DNA from: Chlamydiae bacterium CG10_big_fil_rev_8_21_14_0_10_35_9
GTDB lineage: Bacteria > Chlamydiota > Chlamydiia > Chlamydiales > SM23-39
Direction: 5' to 3'
NCBI GenBank assembly: GCA_002773835.1
Contig: PFAC01000005.1
Location: 1-57,657 of the forward strand
Length of the DNA stretch: 57,657 nt
Part shown: in pieces, positions 56,069-57,657 of the stretch
Layout: each line of letters opens with the position of its first letter
Position numbering within the stretch: position 1 is the first letter of the stretch
Program-made: the position numbers and the translations under genes
The notes under the pieces: model-generated
Databases searched by the model: none
What the model was told of the DNA's origin: nothing
Seen by the model: only the letters and a program-made list of their open reading frames with translations

Positions 56069-57657
56069 TTAAACAAGGCCTTCAATGCTTATGCGTTGCA
56101 TAATCTCACGTTGCTTTTCCGCTGAACCTCTTCGTTTTACCAATTCTCGCACTTGAGAAATGCTCTGTCTAGAGTAAGAGATGGCATAGCTCAAAGTATC
56201 TTTGGAATAACTTTGAAGCATTGCAAAGTCTAACTGCTCTTCTATTTCTCTATCAGAAATTTCAGGAGATGTTCGAATTATGTCAGTAATAGATCTAAGA
56301 TCTTGTTCCATTCTTGCTAAACGACGTATAAAGTCACTGTCAGATCCTAATCCATGCTCATCTAAGTAAAGTCTTATATGTGCTGGCGAGAGCATAATAA
56401 AGTTGTCATCAAACTCAGCAAGCGAAAGAGCTAGTGCAGCTTCATTTTTTGCTTCAGAAATTCTCTTTAGTGTTTCAGGAGAAGCGGGGTGCTTGGTAAT
56501 TTCTTCTGCGCCTTTAAGTTTTGAAATTTCCTCTGCGCTTAAATGCCAATTTCCTTTGCAGATCCGAGATAAGAGAGCATTTTCATCAGTTTTTAAAGCT
56601 GTTAAAAACTGACGGGCTTCTTTTCGGTTAGAAATTTGATCCTTCAATGCAGTCATGATTTTACTTACAGTAGTACCCACAGGGTGCTGGTAAAATGCAT
56701 CGCGCAAAATTTGATTAAATAATGGCTCATCTGATTCAATAGTGGCTACGTCAGATCCAACGGAAGATGCATCTGAAGAAAAAGCCTTATGTCTCTTAAT
56801 ATCTGGAAAGAAAGCAAACTTTCTAGCTTCAGGAAGCTTTAAAACCTCATCTGCATGTAAGTTGGGATTATTTCTGCAAATGTTTTCTAATCGCTTTTCA
56901 TGTGATTGAATCATCTCGTTCACATACTTAATGGCATCTTTTGGAGCAAAAGCTGAAATACGATGACTGATTTGACCATAAATATTTTCTGCTGGAGTCC
57001 CTAGAGGCATTTTTGAAAACTGCTTTATTAACGTAGTTTTCTCATTAGCTATTTGTTTTTCTTTTTTAGCTGCCTTTTTAGCGGCTAAGGCATCGATATA
57101 TTTACACGCTTCTTTTTCTGTAAGAGATATAGAACCGCCACATTCAGCATAAATATCTTCGGGTGGACGAGTTGGATTCATTTCAACTATGAATTTTATG
57201 AATTCTTTATCTGTATTTTGAGATCTTGCGCGCTCCTCTTGAATAATACGTCTTTTTTCTGGATCCAGCTTTGAAATAGCCTCTTCTAGCATCAATTCTA
57301 TAAACTCACTAATATTTTGGTGACCTATAAACTCTTGCATTTTAGGAAGAAGTAAAAATTCACCTATTGGTAATGAAGGGTGGTTTGCACAAATTAATCG
57401 TATCCTTTCAATATTAGCTTCTCTCTTAGCATTAATGAATGCGATGGCCTCTTCTTTAGAAAGTGAGCTTATAGATTTGTTTACGGCCTTATAAACTTGT
57501 TCTGCAGAAACATCTATAGGAAGCTTGTTATAGGCTTTTAATAAATAAGATTTATCTCTTTTCGAAAAAAAATTAAGGTTAAGGTATTCAATAGCCTCTT
57601 TTTTTGAAACATAATCTATAGAGTCTTTAACGGTTTCATAAACTTCTTTTGCAGATC
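56069..57657 (-). CDS. Hypothetical repeat protein (5' end off the window)
   Basis: The frame stays open upstream of the track's ATG (57340) to the window edge: SAKEVYETVKDSIDYVSKKEAIEYL...LPIDVSAEQVYKAVNKSISSLSKEEAIAFI...PKMQEF. Confidence 0.8.
   Translation of the reverse strand, partial: SAKEVYETVKDSIDYVSKKEAIEYLNLNFFSKRDKSYLLKAYNKLPIDVSAEQVYKAVNKSISSLSKEEAIAFINAKREANIERIRLICANHPSLPIGEFLLLPKMQEFIGHQNISEFIELMLEEAISKLDPEKRRIIQEERARSQNTDKEFIKFIVEMNPTRPPEDIYAECGGSISLTEKEACKYIDALAAKKAAKKEKQIANEKTTLIKQFSKMPLGTPAENIYGQISHRISAFAPKDAIKYVNEMIQSHEKRLENICRNNPNLHADEVLKLPEARKFAFFPDIKRHKAFSSDASSVGSDVATIESDEPLFNQILRDAFYQHPVGTTVSKIMTALKDQISNRKEARQFLTALKTDENALLSRICKGNWHLSAEEISKLKGAEEITKHPASPETLKRISEAKNEAALALSLAEFDDNFIMLSPAHIRLYLDEHGLGSDSDFIRRLARMEQDLRSITDIIRTSPEISDREIEEQLDFAMLQSYSKDTLSYAISYSRQSISQVRELVKRRGSAEKQREIMQRISIEGLV

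Noticed and set aside
1669-56612. Numerous 60-150 aa ORFs nested in or antisense to well-supported genes (e.g. 33504-33965, 54192-54566, 16388-16783)
   Set aside because: They fully overlap confident CDSs, have no motifs, and are consistent with chance or shadow frames.

Overview
AT-rich, gene-dense bacterial chromosome segment, most likely from an environmental (non-Chlamydiaceae) member of Chlamydiota. The basis is inference from ruvC-ruvA, a eukaryote-type UDP-GlcNAc pyrophosphorylase next to gpsA, a ~1130-aa PBP2 beside tRNA-Gly-rpsB-tsf, frr followed by tRNA-Glu/Lys, and MOMP-like Cys-rich porins. Housekeeping genes: mnmE (partial), ruvAC, gpsA, nnr, pbp2, rpsB, tsf, frr, three tRNAs, rsmB, pgeF, sufBCDS, marC. 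Surface-glycan genes: two GT9 transferases, wza/wzc-like export, UDP-GlcA epimerase and decarboxylase, a Bcs1-like IspD-SDR fusion, and rmlCDB. Best candidate for a new system: a three-gene RiPP-like operon (28897-30968) encoding an exported precursor with tandem SC(S/G)xK-type Cys repeats, a strong intercistronic hairpin, an intact DUF692/MNIO iron enzyme and a DUF2063 partner, probably making a Cys-modified metal-binding peptide. Also notable: (i) an eight-gene de novo purine operon, unexpected for chlamydiae, with a plant-like PurM, a PurS-PurS-PurL fusion and a PurC fused to a decayed PurE-like domain; (ii) pyrH missing between tsf and frr; (iii) tandem porins with 12-14-Cys N-termini and a 54-bp identical tract; (iv) a decayed toxin-antitoxin pair; (v) an internally deleted IS200/IS605 remnant; (vi) two tandem orphan proteins sharing an unrecognised ~70-aa repeat. 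All family assignments are by eye from motifs; no searches were run.
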